A DNA stretch of 64,000 bases, taken from Eledone cirrhosa. Its lineage: Eukaryota. The translations under genes were made by a program, and so were the position numbers. The stretch's first letter is position 1; every line of letters begins with the position of its first letter. Below are positions 1-13,660 of the stretch, in pieces. The DNA is taken from assembly GCA_964016885.1 (NCBI GenBank), contig OZ024747.1, positions 4,898,001-4,962,000 of the forward strand, read 5' to 3'. Below the pieces are notes generated by a model. It was not told the origin of the DNA and ran no database searches. It saw only the letters and a program-made list of their open reading frames with translations.

Positions 1-300
1 GGAACGGAGGGCAGTTTGTGATATCCACATGTACCAAGAATTACCGATATGTATCGAAAATTATTGGCTGACTGAACAAATCAATATGAAACAAAAAATG
101 AAACGTTTATCGATATTTACTGAAACACATTGAGATCGTCTTTGTTTTTAGGTTCATATATTCATGTTGTCATGAGTTGGGTGGTAGGATTCTGTTATAG
201 ATGCCAACCTTTTTACTAACCTCTTAGGACATGAATGGATACTGTGTAAAAAGGATACACAAGGGCAACATACATATATACATAAATACATACACACATG

Positions 301-895
301 GTGGCTGCCAACTCGTTTTCGAGTACGGCCACTACTTTATATCCATGTAGGAGAACCCCTACCGATGCGCTGAACGAGTGTGACTTTTTAGTCCAGCCAG
401 CGACTTAAAAACTCTGGTACAAACACTACACTTGTGACAATTATTGACACATAGTGCTGGGCCCATGGTACCATGTGACGACAAGTGCAGAGAGATCTCC
501 AGATATAAAGCAATGCCTGTGCCGTGAAGCTTTTATAGTGAGCAAAGGCACTGCACAAAACCAGTCCCACTCTCTTAACCAAGATGATATTTACCAAAAA
601 GAAGAACAAGTCAACATCATTGGATACCATCAGAGTTGCAGGTGTTATATCAGAGTTTTCCTTCTCCTAGAATTCTGCCTTGACAAAGGCTAAGGGGTCA
701 TCTCTCCCGGTGATTTTGGATGGCCATTGACTCTGAAGAGCTCCTTTGCCCTTTGATAGGTTTTGTTTTTAGTCCTGCAGGATGTCCAACGTCACCCTCC
801 TCACCAAGAAAGCTTGGTAGGGTTGCCAATTTAGTCGCCAACGACCCGACCATGAGACAGGTTGTACTGGGATACATGTTACCAGTAGCACCAGT
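301..895. mobile_element. ~600-bp interspersed element (family A), copy 1, bounded by (TACA)n
   Basis: Near-identical to 963-1545 and to 32653-33064. Starts with hairpin gtggc..ctcg-tttt-cgag..gccac. Minus strand has ctaggagaaggaaaactctga, resembling LINE 5' UTR sequence. Confidence 0.75.
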
Positions 896-962
896 ACATA
901 CATACATACATACATACATACATACATACATACATACATACATACATACATACATACATACA

Positions 963-1542
963 TGGTGGCTGCCAACTCGTTTTCGAGTACGGCCACTACT
1001 TTATATCCATGTAGGAGAACCCCTACCGATGCGCTGAACGAGTGTGACTTTTTAGTCCAGCCAGCGACTTGAAAACTCTGGTACAAACACTACACTTGTG
1101 ACAATTACTGACACATAGTGCTGGGCCCATGGTACCATGTGACGACAAGTGCAGAGAGATCTCCAGATATAAAGCAATGCCTGTGCCGTGAAGCTTTTAT
1201 AGTGAGCAAAGGCACTGCACAAAGCCAGTCCCACTCTCTTAACCAAGATGATATTTACCAAAAAGAAGAACAATTCAACATCATTGGATACCATCAGGGT
1301 TGCAGGTGTTATATCAGAGTTTTCCTTCTCCTAGAATTCTGCCTTGACAAAGGCTAAGGGGTCATCTCTCCCGGTGATTTTGGATGGCCATTGACTCTTA
1401 AGAGCTCCTTTGCCCTTTGACAGGTTTTGTTTTTAGTCCTGCAGGATGTCCAAAGTAACCCTCCTCACCAAGAAACCTTGGTGGGGTTGCCAGTTTAGTC
1501 GCCAACGACCCGACCATGGGACAGGTTGTACTGGGATACATG

Positions 1543-1545
<3 letters not shown>
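963..1545. mobile_element. family A element, copy 2 (direct tandem, separated by (TACA)n)
   Basis: Direct repeat of 301-895 with scattered substitutions. Confidence 0.75.
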
Positions 1546-1573
<28 letters not shown>

Positions 1574-1597
1574 CATACATACATACATACATACATA

Positions 1598-1830
1598 CCA
1601 ACCCGCTTGGACCAATGTATAACTGAACTTGGATTTGCGGACAAAGAGCGCAGGTGCCTAATTCATAGTCTACAAATGGCTGCGATAGCTGGCACCTTCA
1701 AAATTTGCAAAACATTCTTGCGATTCAAGGGATGACAATTTCTTTTCTTTTACAACCTTGCCAACAGGAAGGTGGCCGGTCAAAAATATACTCGTAATTA
1801 AGAGAAGGAGATAACATACATACATACATT
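1598..1830 (+). mobile_element. 3' end of an RLE-type non-LTR retrotransposon (R4/Dong/NeSL-like), 5'-truncated, in (TACA)n
   Basis: Translates PTRLDQCITELGFADKERRCLIHSLQMAAIAGTFKICKTFLRFKG* (stop at 1735), resembling the C-terminus after an RLE domain. Short 3' UTR, then a (CATA)n tail. Confidence 0.6.
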
Positions 1831-1879
1831 AATATGCATATAATTCAGGCTGGAAACAACAGAAAAGACTTACTTTTAA

Positions 1880-2020
1880 CCCTTTAGCATTTAAACCAAC
1901 CATATCCAACCAGAATTCTCTCACTTCGTTCTGTTCGAACCAGCCATAACTGGCTGCCCACAATTATGTTAAGGTATTGTTCTCAAAATAAATAGTATCA
2001 AAATCTCGTACATTCAATAT
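1880..2020. mobile_element. partial piggyBac-like MITE (one end)
   Basis: TTAA followed by ccctttagcattt, the same terminus as the complete copy at 23279-23500. Confidence 0.5.
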
Positions 2021-2552
2021 TATTGTTTCTACGTTAGGCACAAGGCCAGCAATTACCCAGTGTATTACTCGTACTTTCAATATTATGGGAGATAATTATG
2101 TGGAATAAAGTATTTACCATGAAAATACAATAATAAATATAGAGTAATGTAAATGGTAAAGAGTTAATAGTTTCAACTAAATATATTTTTGTCAAAAGAT
2201 GAATAATGTAGACAAAAATAAAAATTGGGCTGTTTCTTTTAGTCAGCCTGCATTGATATTTCGAGTAGTAACTGTAATACACTTGTAGAGGAAACAACCC
2301 TGGACCAATGTTTCATTAAATGTCAGCATTTTAAAGATTTAAACTAAACAAAAATTAACTAACTCATCTGAAACTAATTACAAGTAAAAGACAGGCGAAA
2401 AATTCAGTTAAATTTCCCTCAAGCCACATCCTACTCTCTTGAATTTCAATGAAGACTGGATTAGGTGAGCATAGATATAGAGTTTGTTAGCAATTATATT
2501 TTGGTCACAGTTGGGACATCTCTGGGAATATATGTATCTGTGTATCTATGTG

Positions 2553-2649
<97 letters not shown>

Positions 2650-2668
2650 GTATATATATGTATATATA

Positions 2669-2763
<95 letters not shown>

Positions 2764-2772
2764 CGTGTGTGG

Positions 2773-2854
2773 TTTCTACAGGACTAGAACTGTTTCATTT
2801 GGAAGAAATCATCAAGGCTTTCCTGATGATTTCTTCCGAATGAAACAGTTCTAG
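2773..2854. ncRNA. degenerate hammerhead fold-back (same family as 11295-11437)
   Basis: Inverted arms ctagaactgtttcatt..aaatcatca / tgatgattt..aatgaaacagttctag. Plus arm has CTGATGA..GAAAC but lacks the 3' side; minus arm has TTGATGA..GAAACAG..CTGTA. Confidence 0.6.
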
Positions 2855-2862
2855 AAGCCCTT

Positions 2863-2921
<59 letters not shown>

Positions 2922-2946
2922 CGTACATGCAGAAAAACTTACATTA

Positions 2947-3027
<81 letters not shown>

Positions 3028-3500
3028 AGTAAAAAATATAGCAAATTTGTGGAATCCCTTACTGGGTGGGAGAGGTGGTATATATACTACAGGGGAATGC
3101 GAGAGATCATTTATTTTTTATGGTTCTGTATAAAGTCGTATGATGAAACGACTCTTTCTAAATCAATGTATTAGGTAATATGGCGTCATAGAGGAAGTAT
3201 TTCTACATATGTGGTAAAGGGGGTAGAGTGTAGGGTGTTAGGCGAATGTACATAACCTTGGTAGTATTAATGTTTTGATCGGCAAAGTAATATTATATTT
3301 ACTTACATTTAGGATTAAAGGTAACCAATTATATGGAGACATGGATACTTCTCGGAATAAATATATATATCTGTATATGTATTTATGTATGTTTTGTATG
3401 CCTGCCTGGAGGGATATATGTTTCTATGTATGTATGTATATATGTATGTATGTATATATGTATGAATGAAGAAATGATTGCATGTATGTATGCATATATG

Positions 3501-3593
<93 letters not shown>

Positions 3594-3683
3594 CATATAT
3601 GTATATATATACATATATATATATATATGTATATAAATGTATAAATATATATATATAGATATATATAGATATATATATACATA

Positions 3684-3725
<42 letters not shown>

Positions 3726-3923
3726 TATATGTGTGTATATATCTATATATATCTATATATATATTTATACATATATATACATATATATATATATGTATAT
3801 ATATATATGTATATATATACATATATGTATATATATATATGTATATATATATATGTATATATATGTATAAATATATATAGATATATATATAAATATATAT
3901 ACATATGTATGTATATATATTTT

Positions 3924-3963
<40 letters not shown>

Positions 3964-3991
3964 AAATTGAAAGGTATAGAAAACATTGTAG

Positions 3992-4054
<63 letters not shown>

Positions 4055-4425
4055 ATAAATATATATACATATATATATGTATAAATATATATATATATAT
4101 ATAGGTATTTACATATATTAAAGATGTCGTAGTTACAGCTAAAATTGGTGGTTCAAATAGCTCTTATGTATGTCTATTGAGGAAAGCATAGTTGGCTTTC
4201 TACCAAAGAAAACTATCACCTTTATTTACCAAATGATGATGGTCATGATGATGATAAATAGAGTTTCTTTAAAAATGCTCACACAAAACCACACACACGT
4301 ACGCACATGTATAGATATGAATACCTACATGTATATATATGCATATATTATATATGAATACATATATATATATATATACGTATGTATATATGCATATTAT
4401 ATAAATATACGCATATATGTATACA

Positions 4426-4508
<83 letters not shown>

Positions 4509-4622
4509 GTATGTATATATGCATATATAAATATACGCATATATGTATATATATATATATATATATACACGTATGTATATATTCATATTATATAAATATA
4601 CACATATATGTATACATATATA

Positions 4623-4680
<58 letters not shown>

Positions 4681-4725
4681 TATACACATATATATGTATA
4701 CATATATGTCTATATTTATATAATA

Positions 4726-4809
<84 letters not shown>

Positions 4810-5198
4810 CATACCTATGCACATACACAAACATATATATATATATATAATATCCAGACACACTAAAATTGATATAAAAATATTAAACATATGTATAATG
4901 AATATAAAGAATAAAAGTAGATATAAAAAATCCGATGAAATGAGAAAATGAAGAGTGTTTATTGCGGAGAGTCAGCAGATATAAATGCTTTACGTTTCAG
5001 AAACGATACATTCGTACTTATTAGCTGCTCTCTGAGCAACGTAATTACGCTCTGAAGATAAAACTACCTCCACTTTGAAGAGCTAATAACTGGGAGAGCA
5101 CTCAACTAATGTTGCAAGAAAGAAGATATAATGTGAGCGATATATACATCCGACAGTGGAAAAAAAAAGGGATGAAAGAAATACTAAATAAGTGTTCA

Positions 5199-5238
<40 letters not shown>

Positions 5239-5371
5239 TGTGTGTGTGTGCGCGTGTGTGTGTGTGTGTTCATATCTCTGTCTCTGTTTCTCTCCCTCTC
5301 TCTCTCTCTTTCTCTCTCTCACTCTTTCTATCTATATATCTATCACCCCCTTCTCTCACTCTCTCTCTCTC

Positions 5372-5431
<60 letters not shown>

Positions 5432-5514
5432 AATGCATATATATATAGATAGCGAGAGAGAGAGAGAGACAGACATATATAGAGAGAGACAGACAGACGG
5501 ACAGACAGACAGAC

Positions 5515-5577
<63 letters not shown>

Positions 5578-5763
5578 CAGGCAGGTATATAGTAGGTATA
5601 TAGAAAAAGAAATAGTTATAGAAGGAAGAGGTGAAGAACTGAGGAAGTATGTTACATCTTTAGAAAAACTTCAATAGTACTGAATTGTGCTTATATAACG
5701 TGGTGGTTCATTTTCTTGGTCTTTATCACTATCTTCTCATTCTCTTTGGCCCTCTCTCTCTCT

Positions 5764-5809
<46 letters not shown>

Positions 5810-6028
5810 CTATCTCCCTCTCTCTACCTATCTCTATCTCCCCCCCCCTCGCGCTCTCTCTCTCTACCTACCTATCTCTATCTCTCTTTGTCTCTCTCTC
5901 ACACACACATATATATATATATGTGTGTGTATATATATATCTCTCTCTATATATATATATATGTGCGTGTGTGTACATATCTCTATATATATGTGTGTGT
6001 GTGTGTATATATATCTCTATATATATAT

Positions 6029-6105
6029 GTACCTTTGAAATATGTATGATAAAATATATATTTTGGTTATGAGAATATTTTTCATTTATTAATATTTTGA
6101 ATAAT
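6029..6105 (+). mobile_element. 3' half of hammerhead plus tail, family of 33227-33345
   Basis: gtacctttgaaatatgtatgataaaatata...gaatatttttcatttattaatattttgaataa matches 33267-33345 and lies between (TA)n tracts. Confidence 0.6.
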
Positions 6106-6123
6106 ATATATATACAGATATGC

Positions 6124-6158
<35 letters not shown>

Positions 6159-6249
6159 AATGTATGTATGTATGCATGTATATATATATCTATGTATGTA
6201 TATATATATAATATATATATAGAGAGAGAGAGCAATGAAAGAAAGGGAG

Positions 6250-6313
<64 letters not shown>

Positions 6314-6323
6314 CAGTGAGAGA

Positions 6324-6381
<58 letters not shown>

Positions 6382-7784
6382 GACCACACGTAATTCTAAA
6401 GTAGTTTCTGTAGCATGGAAGAATGTTTCTTTATTTTCATATATTTTCCTTCTTTGTGTTTTACCTTAGTTTTAAGGGTCAAAGCCGTGTCTTTAGTCCT
6501 GCCAAGAATAATTAGCTAGAAAACATATATATAATGTATATATTTATATATATATATAATGTGTATATATAGATAGATATATAATGTATATATATATATA
6601 ATGTATATATGTATATAATCTATATATATATATAAAACATATAAAAAAATATATATATAAAAATTATATATATAAATGAATATAAAAAAATTCAAGATAG
6701 AAATATGTAAAATGGAATAAAATAAAACAAAAAATAACAAAAATAAGTAAAAAAAAATGAACAAAAATATAAAAGTAAGATTATAAAAGGTCATTCCATT
6801 TGGCCGGGCTATATTTGTGGTGGTGGTGGTTGTGGTGGTGGTGTGGTGGTGTGGTGGTGTGGTGGTGGTGGTGGTGGTATGGTGGTGGTGGTGATGGTGG
6901 TGGTGGTGATGGTGGTGGTGTGGTGTGTTGATGGTGGTGATGGTAGTAGTATGGTGGCGGTGGTGGTGGTGATGGTTGTGGTGTTGGTGGTGATATGGGG
7001 TGGGGGGGTGTAAGGTTAGAGGGTGATTATGGAGGTAAGAAGGGGGCGTTATCTCAAGGATAAGAAAGAAGAGAAAGAAAGAAATATATTGGGATGAAAA
7101 ATGCCACAGACAACAACAACAGCAATAACAACAGCAATAACAACAATACCAACAACAATAACAACAACAATAAAAACAACAATAAAACAGCCACAACAGT
7201 ACCAACACCACCTATAGCACCAACAACAACCACCACTAACAACAACAATTACAACATCAACATCACAACCATCAACAACAAAAACAACAATCACACCGCC
7301 AACACCACTACCTCCTCCTCCTCCAACATCAACAACAACAACACCAACACCACTACCTCCTCCTCCGACATCAACAATAATAACAACACCTACACCACTA
7401 TCTCCTCCACCGACAAAAATAACAACACCAACACCACTACTACAACTAACAATAACAACATTCACAACACCAACAACAACACCAACAACAATACCACCAA
7501 CAACACCAACAACAATACCAACAACAACAGCAACAACACCAACAACTCCACCAACAACACCAATAACAACACCAACAACAACACCAACACCAACAACAAC
7601 AACAACACCACCAACAACACCACCAACAACACCAACAACACCACCACCAACAACACCACCAACAACACCAACAACAACAACACCAACAACAACAACACCA
7701 ACAACACTAACACAGAGAAGGCATATGATAGAAGACGCCTTAACAGAGAAGACAGAACGAAGAAATTTGAGTAGAAATGGTTAA

Positions 7785-9356
7785 TCTTTATATATATAAA
7801 AGCGAGGATGTGTGTGTGTCTGTGTACAACTTTGTATACTTAAGACTTTTACAATTACCAACTGAATTTGACCAAATTGTCTGTGCACGTTGCACAGGTC
7901 GCTAAGATTGTCACATCACAAACATTTTTCAAATCGACCCACGTTGAGCAATAAAAAATCGATATCAAAATTATCGGTAGAAAAATTGATGTAAGGGAGA
8001 TAACAAACTTTATTGACAATCCTTATAAAAAAAAGGGAGATAACCACCTTTTCAGAAATATAAACATCACATTCATTTGAAGATAAATCACTAATATTAT
8101 CCTTTGTTTCTTGTTTATTCTTTGTTGCACTTTCAAAGTTAAAAACACACTTGTTGTTTTAACTTGTTTCACTATAGTGAGTGTTAATTTTCGCGTTAAG
8201 GGCCTAATCTCGCAGCAGTCTCGAATTGACGAGATTTTGATGATGGTTTGTTTATTTTTAGAACAATCGTTATGGGACTTTCCATTCAAACCATTGGGAC
8301 CTACAACTTTTACATTTTTAAAACTTTCATAAGCCATGTTGATACAAAAAAAAAAATTTGTTGCACTTTCAAAGTTAACTGTAACGCTTCAATTCATAGA
8401 GCCTGTAACAAGTCGAGCTATTCGGCTGGAGGGTAACCCTCAACGTAGAGCTTTATCGCGGGGTATTTCAAAGGCATCACGCTCACGATGGTACCTTAAG
8501 GCAGTTAATTATGACCCTAATGTAAAGTATCAAATCCATCCTGATATTCAAATATATGCCATGTCAAATACTTGCCAACATTGTAAAGCTAAACAAATGG
8601 GGGAGGGGGGGGGTGAGATTCAGCTGGAATGTGCTGCTCCAACGGTAAGGTTAATTTGCCCACCCTTAGGAACCACCGCAACCTCTCCAGATGCTTCTAA
8701 CAGGTAAGCATTCACAATCACGTGATTTTCTGAAGCATATCCGACAGTACAACATTGCGTTTCAAATGACCTCTTTCGGTGCAAAACGTCTGCTCACGAG
8801 TTGGCAGTCGAGATAATCTCTTTGTGTTTGTTCCGAAAAGAAAAACAAAGAATATCGTCTATCCTGAAGTGCTTTAGTGTTAACAAAAAAACTTATTACA
8901 GTTCTACCTTGACTTCACCTTACTCATTACAAAACATACCAATGAATATGTCATGCAGGATATTTTGGATTATAAGTTAAAAATTTAACCATACACAGCA
9001 AAGGATGCTCTCAAAGAATAGATTTTCTCTTATTCTACTCTCATTGTTTTTTTGTTTGTATACAACTCTGCTTTCATTACAACTTTTTGTACTTTAGCAA
9101 AACTGCCTGTTTTTTATGATTTGCAACGTGTATTGTCTTTAATCATTTGTATAACTACATCCTGTTCAGTGTTTTCCTTCATTATCAACATAGTTTTATG
9201 TGTACAAAGATTGCACTAAATATTCGTTTGCATTAATTATTGAAGACTTCTGCTTATTTTGACAGGTTGGGGACAAATAATGTTCTTCTTTTACTTCCTA
9301 GCTGTATATTCTTAGCATAATTTCAAACCCCGAGCAACGCCGGGTAAATCTGCTAG
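7785..9356 (+). mobile_element. non-autonomous Helitron with decayed Rep N-terminal fragment
   Basis: 5' A|TCtttatatatataaaag; 3' hairpin cccgagc-aac-gccggg then CTAG|T. About 8500-8790 translates, with frameshifts, NYDPN..MSNTCQHCKAK..GMCCSNGKV..FLKHIRQYNIAFQMTSFGA. Confidence 0.9.
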
Positions 9357-9597
9357 TAGTAGATAACGCTAGATATGGCGGTAGCCAGGGATTACTGGAT
9401 TAAGCCAGTTGTGAAAGAAGCTGGTATAGAAAGGATTGTGTAATGATGAGATTTACATATGGGAGGCAAGTGTCGTTCTGAAGTAGAGCTCAATATTCTA
9501 GAGATTCATAGAACAAGAGAAATATTCATCTCCTATAGTTAATTATTGATGTCAGTTAAAAAAATATACAAAAACAGTCAGGCTTATCTTAGTTGAG

Positions 9598-9785
9598 GTC
9601 TTCTTCTTCTTCTTCTTCTTCTTCTTCTTCTTCTTCTTCTTCTTCTTCTTCTTCTTCTTCGCCCACTTATTATTCCTGAGAGGGTCGTGGTGGCAGAATT
9701 CTCAAACATTCCTTCCAGCGGGTCATGACAGAAGCAACCGTCTCCAACTGATCTGGCTGTTTCCCCCAGCAAAACTAGCCAAGTT
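9598..9785 (-). mobile_element. RTE-like LINE 3' end with (GAA)n tail
   Basis: Minus strand GKQPDQLETVASVMTRWKECLRILPPRPSQE*, then (GAA)n. Same family as 61833-62047. Confidence 0.65.
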
Positions 9786-9848
9786 CAGTTGTTGGCAGGG
9801 ATAAATTTTTGTAGTTGTATTTTGTTGTTTTCTTTTACTGTTTTATCA

Positions 9849-9908
<60 letters not shown>

Positions 9909-10440
9909 TACCACCCATGACATTCTTCAAGGTTTCGGATATAAGTGGGAGAGAATGAGGAAGAAAGTATCCTCAAAACGAAGACCTGGTTCGAATGACT
10001 GAAAAAGAGTGCTTCTGCTAAATAGCATCCAAAATAGCAAACAGGGGTGTTGAAAAGAGTGACGGGTTAATTATACCACAGAAGAATTTGAACTCAGAAT
10101 GTAAAATGTCAGAACAAATATCGTAAAGTATCTTCGCCTATCCACTCAAAATTTTACAAATCTACTGATCAGAATTATTACGGGAAAATATTAAAGGCTC
10201 TCTCACACCCGGAGGTTCACCCGTCCAGTACTCATCCTGGTTTTCATGAATTTGACCGTCACGACCCTACACAATTATCACAATTTATGAACATGACCAT
10301 CGTGTATCTTGGATGACATTATGTAATGTGCTATAATATTTTAATGTACTGTGGCAAGGATCTCCAAACTACAGATTAGCTAGAAACTTTTTAGAAATAA
10401 AATGTTATGACATTAAATTAAAGAATTTGCTAATCAATTA

Positions 10441-10624
10441 CCCTGTATACTCGAATATAAGCTGAGGAATATGTGACAGAAATATTGATGGTAGAAGGGT
10501 CGTCTTATATTCGGGGTCAATATTTTGACGATTTTCATTACAAATTCTATGTAAATATGGATTGGAATTTTGCCCATTTTCAGACATAAGATAGCGAGGT
10601 CGACTTATATTCGAATATACACGG
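10441..10624. mobile_element. Tc1/mariner-superfamily (Tc2/pogo-like) MITE
   Basis: TA|ccctgtatactcgaatataag ... cttatattcgaatatacacgg|TA: imperfect TIRs with TA target duplication. Confidence 0.75.
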
Positions 10625-10705
10625 TAAATACCACATCACGTGTCACCAGTCACATCGCTAATTATAATCAAAGATTTCAGATTTCAAATATAATTCATAT
10701 ACTTT

Positions 10706-10798
10706 CCGTATATATTCGTATATAAGACGAGAAATATATGACCAAAACATCGGTGGTATAATGAGGAGGAGGGCCGGCTTATATTCGAGTATAAACGG
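10706..10798. mobile_element. second, shorter copy of the same MITE
   Basis: ccgtatatattcgtatataag ... cttatattcgagtataaacgg. Confidence 0.65.
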
Positions 10799-11191
10799 TG
10801 TATTCGTTGAGATTGATCATATCTTACATAATTTCACTATACAGACATTATAGACAACACACTAAGTGTTTACGGCAAAGAGAGCAATTCAAAACATACC
10901 AGTAATACGTGGTGGTCAGTTTATTTGTCTACACTCATTTTTCCTATGAATTTGTGTTATTTTACAACCACTGTTACCATCCTCCTTATCAAAGATCCTC
11001 GTGGAAATATTAACAAAAACAAGAGAATTGGCAACACGCCGATTACTTATAGTGTTGTGTTAAGGAAACAAATAGTGAACCAGGTAATCGATATATATAA
11101 TTATATATGTGTGTGTGTATGTATTTATGTGCATATTCATGTTTGTGGCTGTGTACGTGTCTGTGTGTGTGTACATATGCATGCATGTGTG

Positions 11192-11227
<36 letters not shown>

Positions 11228-11311
11228 CGTTATTCCGGGTTGAATCGGAGGTAACCACAGTAAGTAAGGTACTCAATACATAGCAGAGTATAACAGTTTT
11301 AATATAGATGA

Positions 11312-11360
11312 GATTCTACAGGACTAGAACTGTTTCATTCATTAGAAATCATCAGGAATC
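11312..11360 (-). ncRNA. type I hammerhead ribozyme
   Basis: Exact reverse complement of 11372-11420. Confidence 0.85.
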
Positions 11361-11371
11361 CCTGATTCCCT

Positions 11372-11420
11372 GATTCCTGATGATTTCTAATGAATGAAAC
11401 AGTTCTAGTCCTGTAGAATC
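11372..11420 (+). ncRNA. type I hammerhead ribozyme
   Basis: gattc-CTGATGA-t ttc taat gaa t-GAAA-cag ttctagtc ctg-TA-gaatc: stem I gattc/gaatc, stem III ACAG/CTGT, predicted cut after GUA at 11415. Confidence 0.85.
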
Positions 11421-11588
11421 TCATCTATATTAAAACTATATATATATATATATATATATGTGTGTATTATTATGTATATATATATATATATATATATGTA
11501 TTATTATGTATATATATATGTGTGTATGTGTGTGTGTATGTATATATATGTATTATTATATATATATATATATATTATAAGAAACCAT

Positions 11589-11635
<47 letters not shown>

Positions 11636-11656
11636 ATATATATATATGTATATATA

Positions 11657-11696
<40 letters not shown>

Positions 11697-11745
11697 ATGT
11701 ATATATATGTATTATTATATATATATATATATTATAAGAAACCAT

Positions 11746-11788
<43 letters not shown>

Positions 11789-11811
11789 ATATATATATGT
11801 ATATATAATAT

Positions 11812-11880
<69 letters not shown>

Positions 11881-11881
11881 G

Positions 11882-11971
<90 letters not shown>

Positions 11972-12267
11972 ATAAATAAACAAACATGCACACATATCTG
12001 TCTAACAAAAGGAATAGATAAGTTGTATTTATTACAGAAAAGAAAATATGTTTAGCTGATATAAAGATATCAACTTCTTTAATTCCTGCAATATCAACCA
12101 ATCAATTAACAACTATTGCGGCCATGTTTGATATTTACACACCGCCATATTTCAATAAATGTAATCAAAACCAATATTTGACCCACTACGAATTAATTTA
12201 ATATATTGATATCTGGCATTACTACATGTCCATATGTTTTGAAATATAGAAGAATATGTCCACATCA

Positions 12268-12425
12268 GTATTTTACTGGTATCTTATTTTATTAACCCTA
12301 GTAGGGTGAAAGACAAAGTTGGTCACGGCGAGATGATTACTGGTACTCTATTTTATTAACCCTAGATGGATTAAGAACAAAGATGACCCCGGCGAGATAA
12401 TAACTGGTACCCTATTTTATAACGA
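12268..12425 (-). mobile_element. three tandem SINE core fragments
   Basis: Repeated actggta..tattttattaacccta..ga..aa..caaag..ggcgagat. Confidence 0.6.
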
Positions 12426-12526
12426 GATGGAGCTCGTCAAATCGGATCAAGGAATACAATAGTTGTACTACACCTAAATATTGATATCCTGCAGGGCTAG
12501 ACAAGTGCCGGTAATAATAATGGTTT

Positions 12527-12711
12527 GTGGATTGGCAGTATCGGTAGAGAGTCGGATGCCATGCTTTGAAGCATAGAGTTACGTCCCTTTATGATCTGAG
12601 TTCAAATCCCGCCGAGGTTAACTTTGCCTTTCATCCTTACGGGGTCGATAAAATAAAGTACTAGTAATGTATTGGATAATTGCTGGCCTTGTGCCAAAAA
12701 TAGAAACAATT
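12527..12711 (+). mobile_element. tRNA-derived SINE (octopus-type)
   Basis: A-box-like tggcagtatcgg, B-box gagttcaaatcc, core ggggtcgataaaataaagtac, tail ggccttgtgccaaaa..gaaacaatt. Confidence 0.85.
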
Positions 12712-12716
12712 ATATA

Positions 12717-12904
12717 GCACAAGGCCAGCAATTTTGCGGAGGGGAAATTCGATTAAATCGACCCCAGTACGTGACTGGTACTTTATTTTATCGACCCTGC
12801 AAGGAGGAAAGGCAAAGTTAACCTCGGCGGGATTTGAACTCAGATCGTAAAGGGACGTAACTATGCTGGAAAGCATGTCCGACCCTCTACCGATACTGCC
12901 AATC
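12717..12904 (-). mobile_element. tRNA-derived SINE, inverted partner of 12527-12711
   Basis: Reverse complement of the same consensus. Confidence 0.85.
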
Positions 12905-13415
12905 AATAATAACAATTTTCTACCTGCCCTTATTTTCATTGGAAAAGCAGCCCTGCCTAGTAAAGTTTCTGGGGTCGTGGTAGTTGTGTGGGAATGGGGG
13001 ACTACCCTACCACTTGTGATTCGCTTCATATATTTATGATTACATCACTAATAATGAATTCCCCTTCCGCTAAACATCTCGGATTTCATGCCTATGGAAG
13101 TCAACCATTATTTGAAGATTTCCTGTGAATAACTCTGGCTTAAAGGAGACTTAAGGTACGCTTGGTTTCCAATGAAGGCAAGCCCCAATGAACGTTAATA
13201 TTAAATTGGATGAAACGGGAGTGTTGATTGTAAATTGACTGAGTGACTGATGGCGAATCTCTGCTGTTGTTGTTGCTACTGTTGTTGTTGTTGTTGTTGT
13301 TCCCATAGTTATTTGTCATTTCATCCCCATCATCAACATCGTCGTCATCATCGTCTCTTCGGGCATACAAACAAACAGACATATACAGATATATATAGAT
13401 AGAAACACACACACA

Positions 13416-13512
<97 letters not shown>

Positions 13513-13660
13513 AGATAGAGGGAGAGAGAGAGGCAGACAGAGAGAGACAGAGTTAGTGTATGGTAGATAGAATGTGTGTGCGCATGTGTATGCATGTGCA
13601 TATAGAAGAGAGATGTTGTGTGTTGGAAGCAATAAAAACTATGTGAGAGGTTGTTAAATT

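Noticed and set aside
388-1357. Repeated 79-80 aa ORFs in family A
   Set aside because: Conserved only because the copies are recent; non-ATG starts and no recognisable domain.
4972-5030. Minus-strand hammerhead-like CTAATAA..GAAAC..ATC
   Set aside because: Catalytic core mutated; at best a dead copy, not counted.
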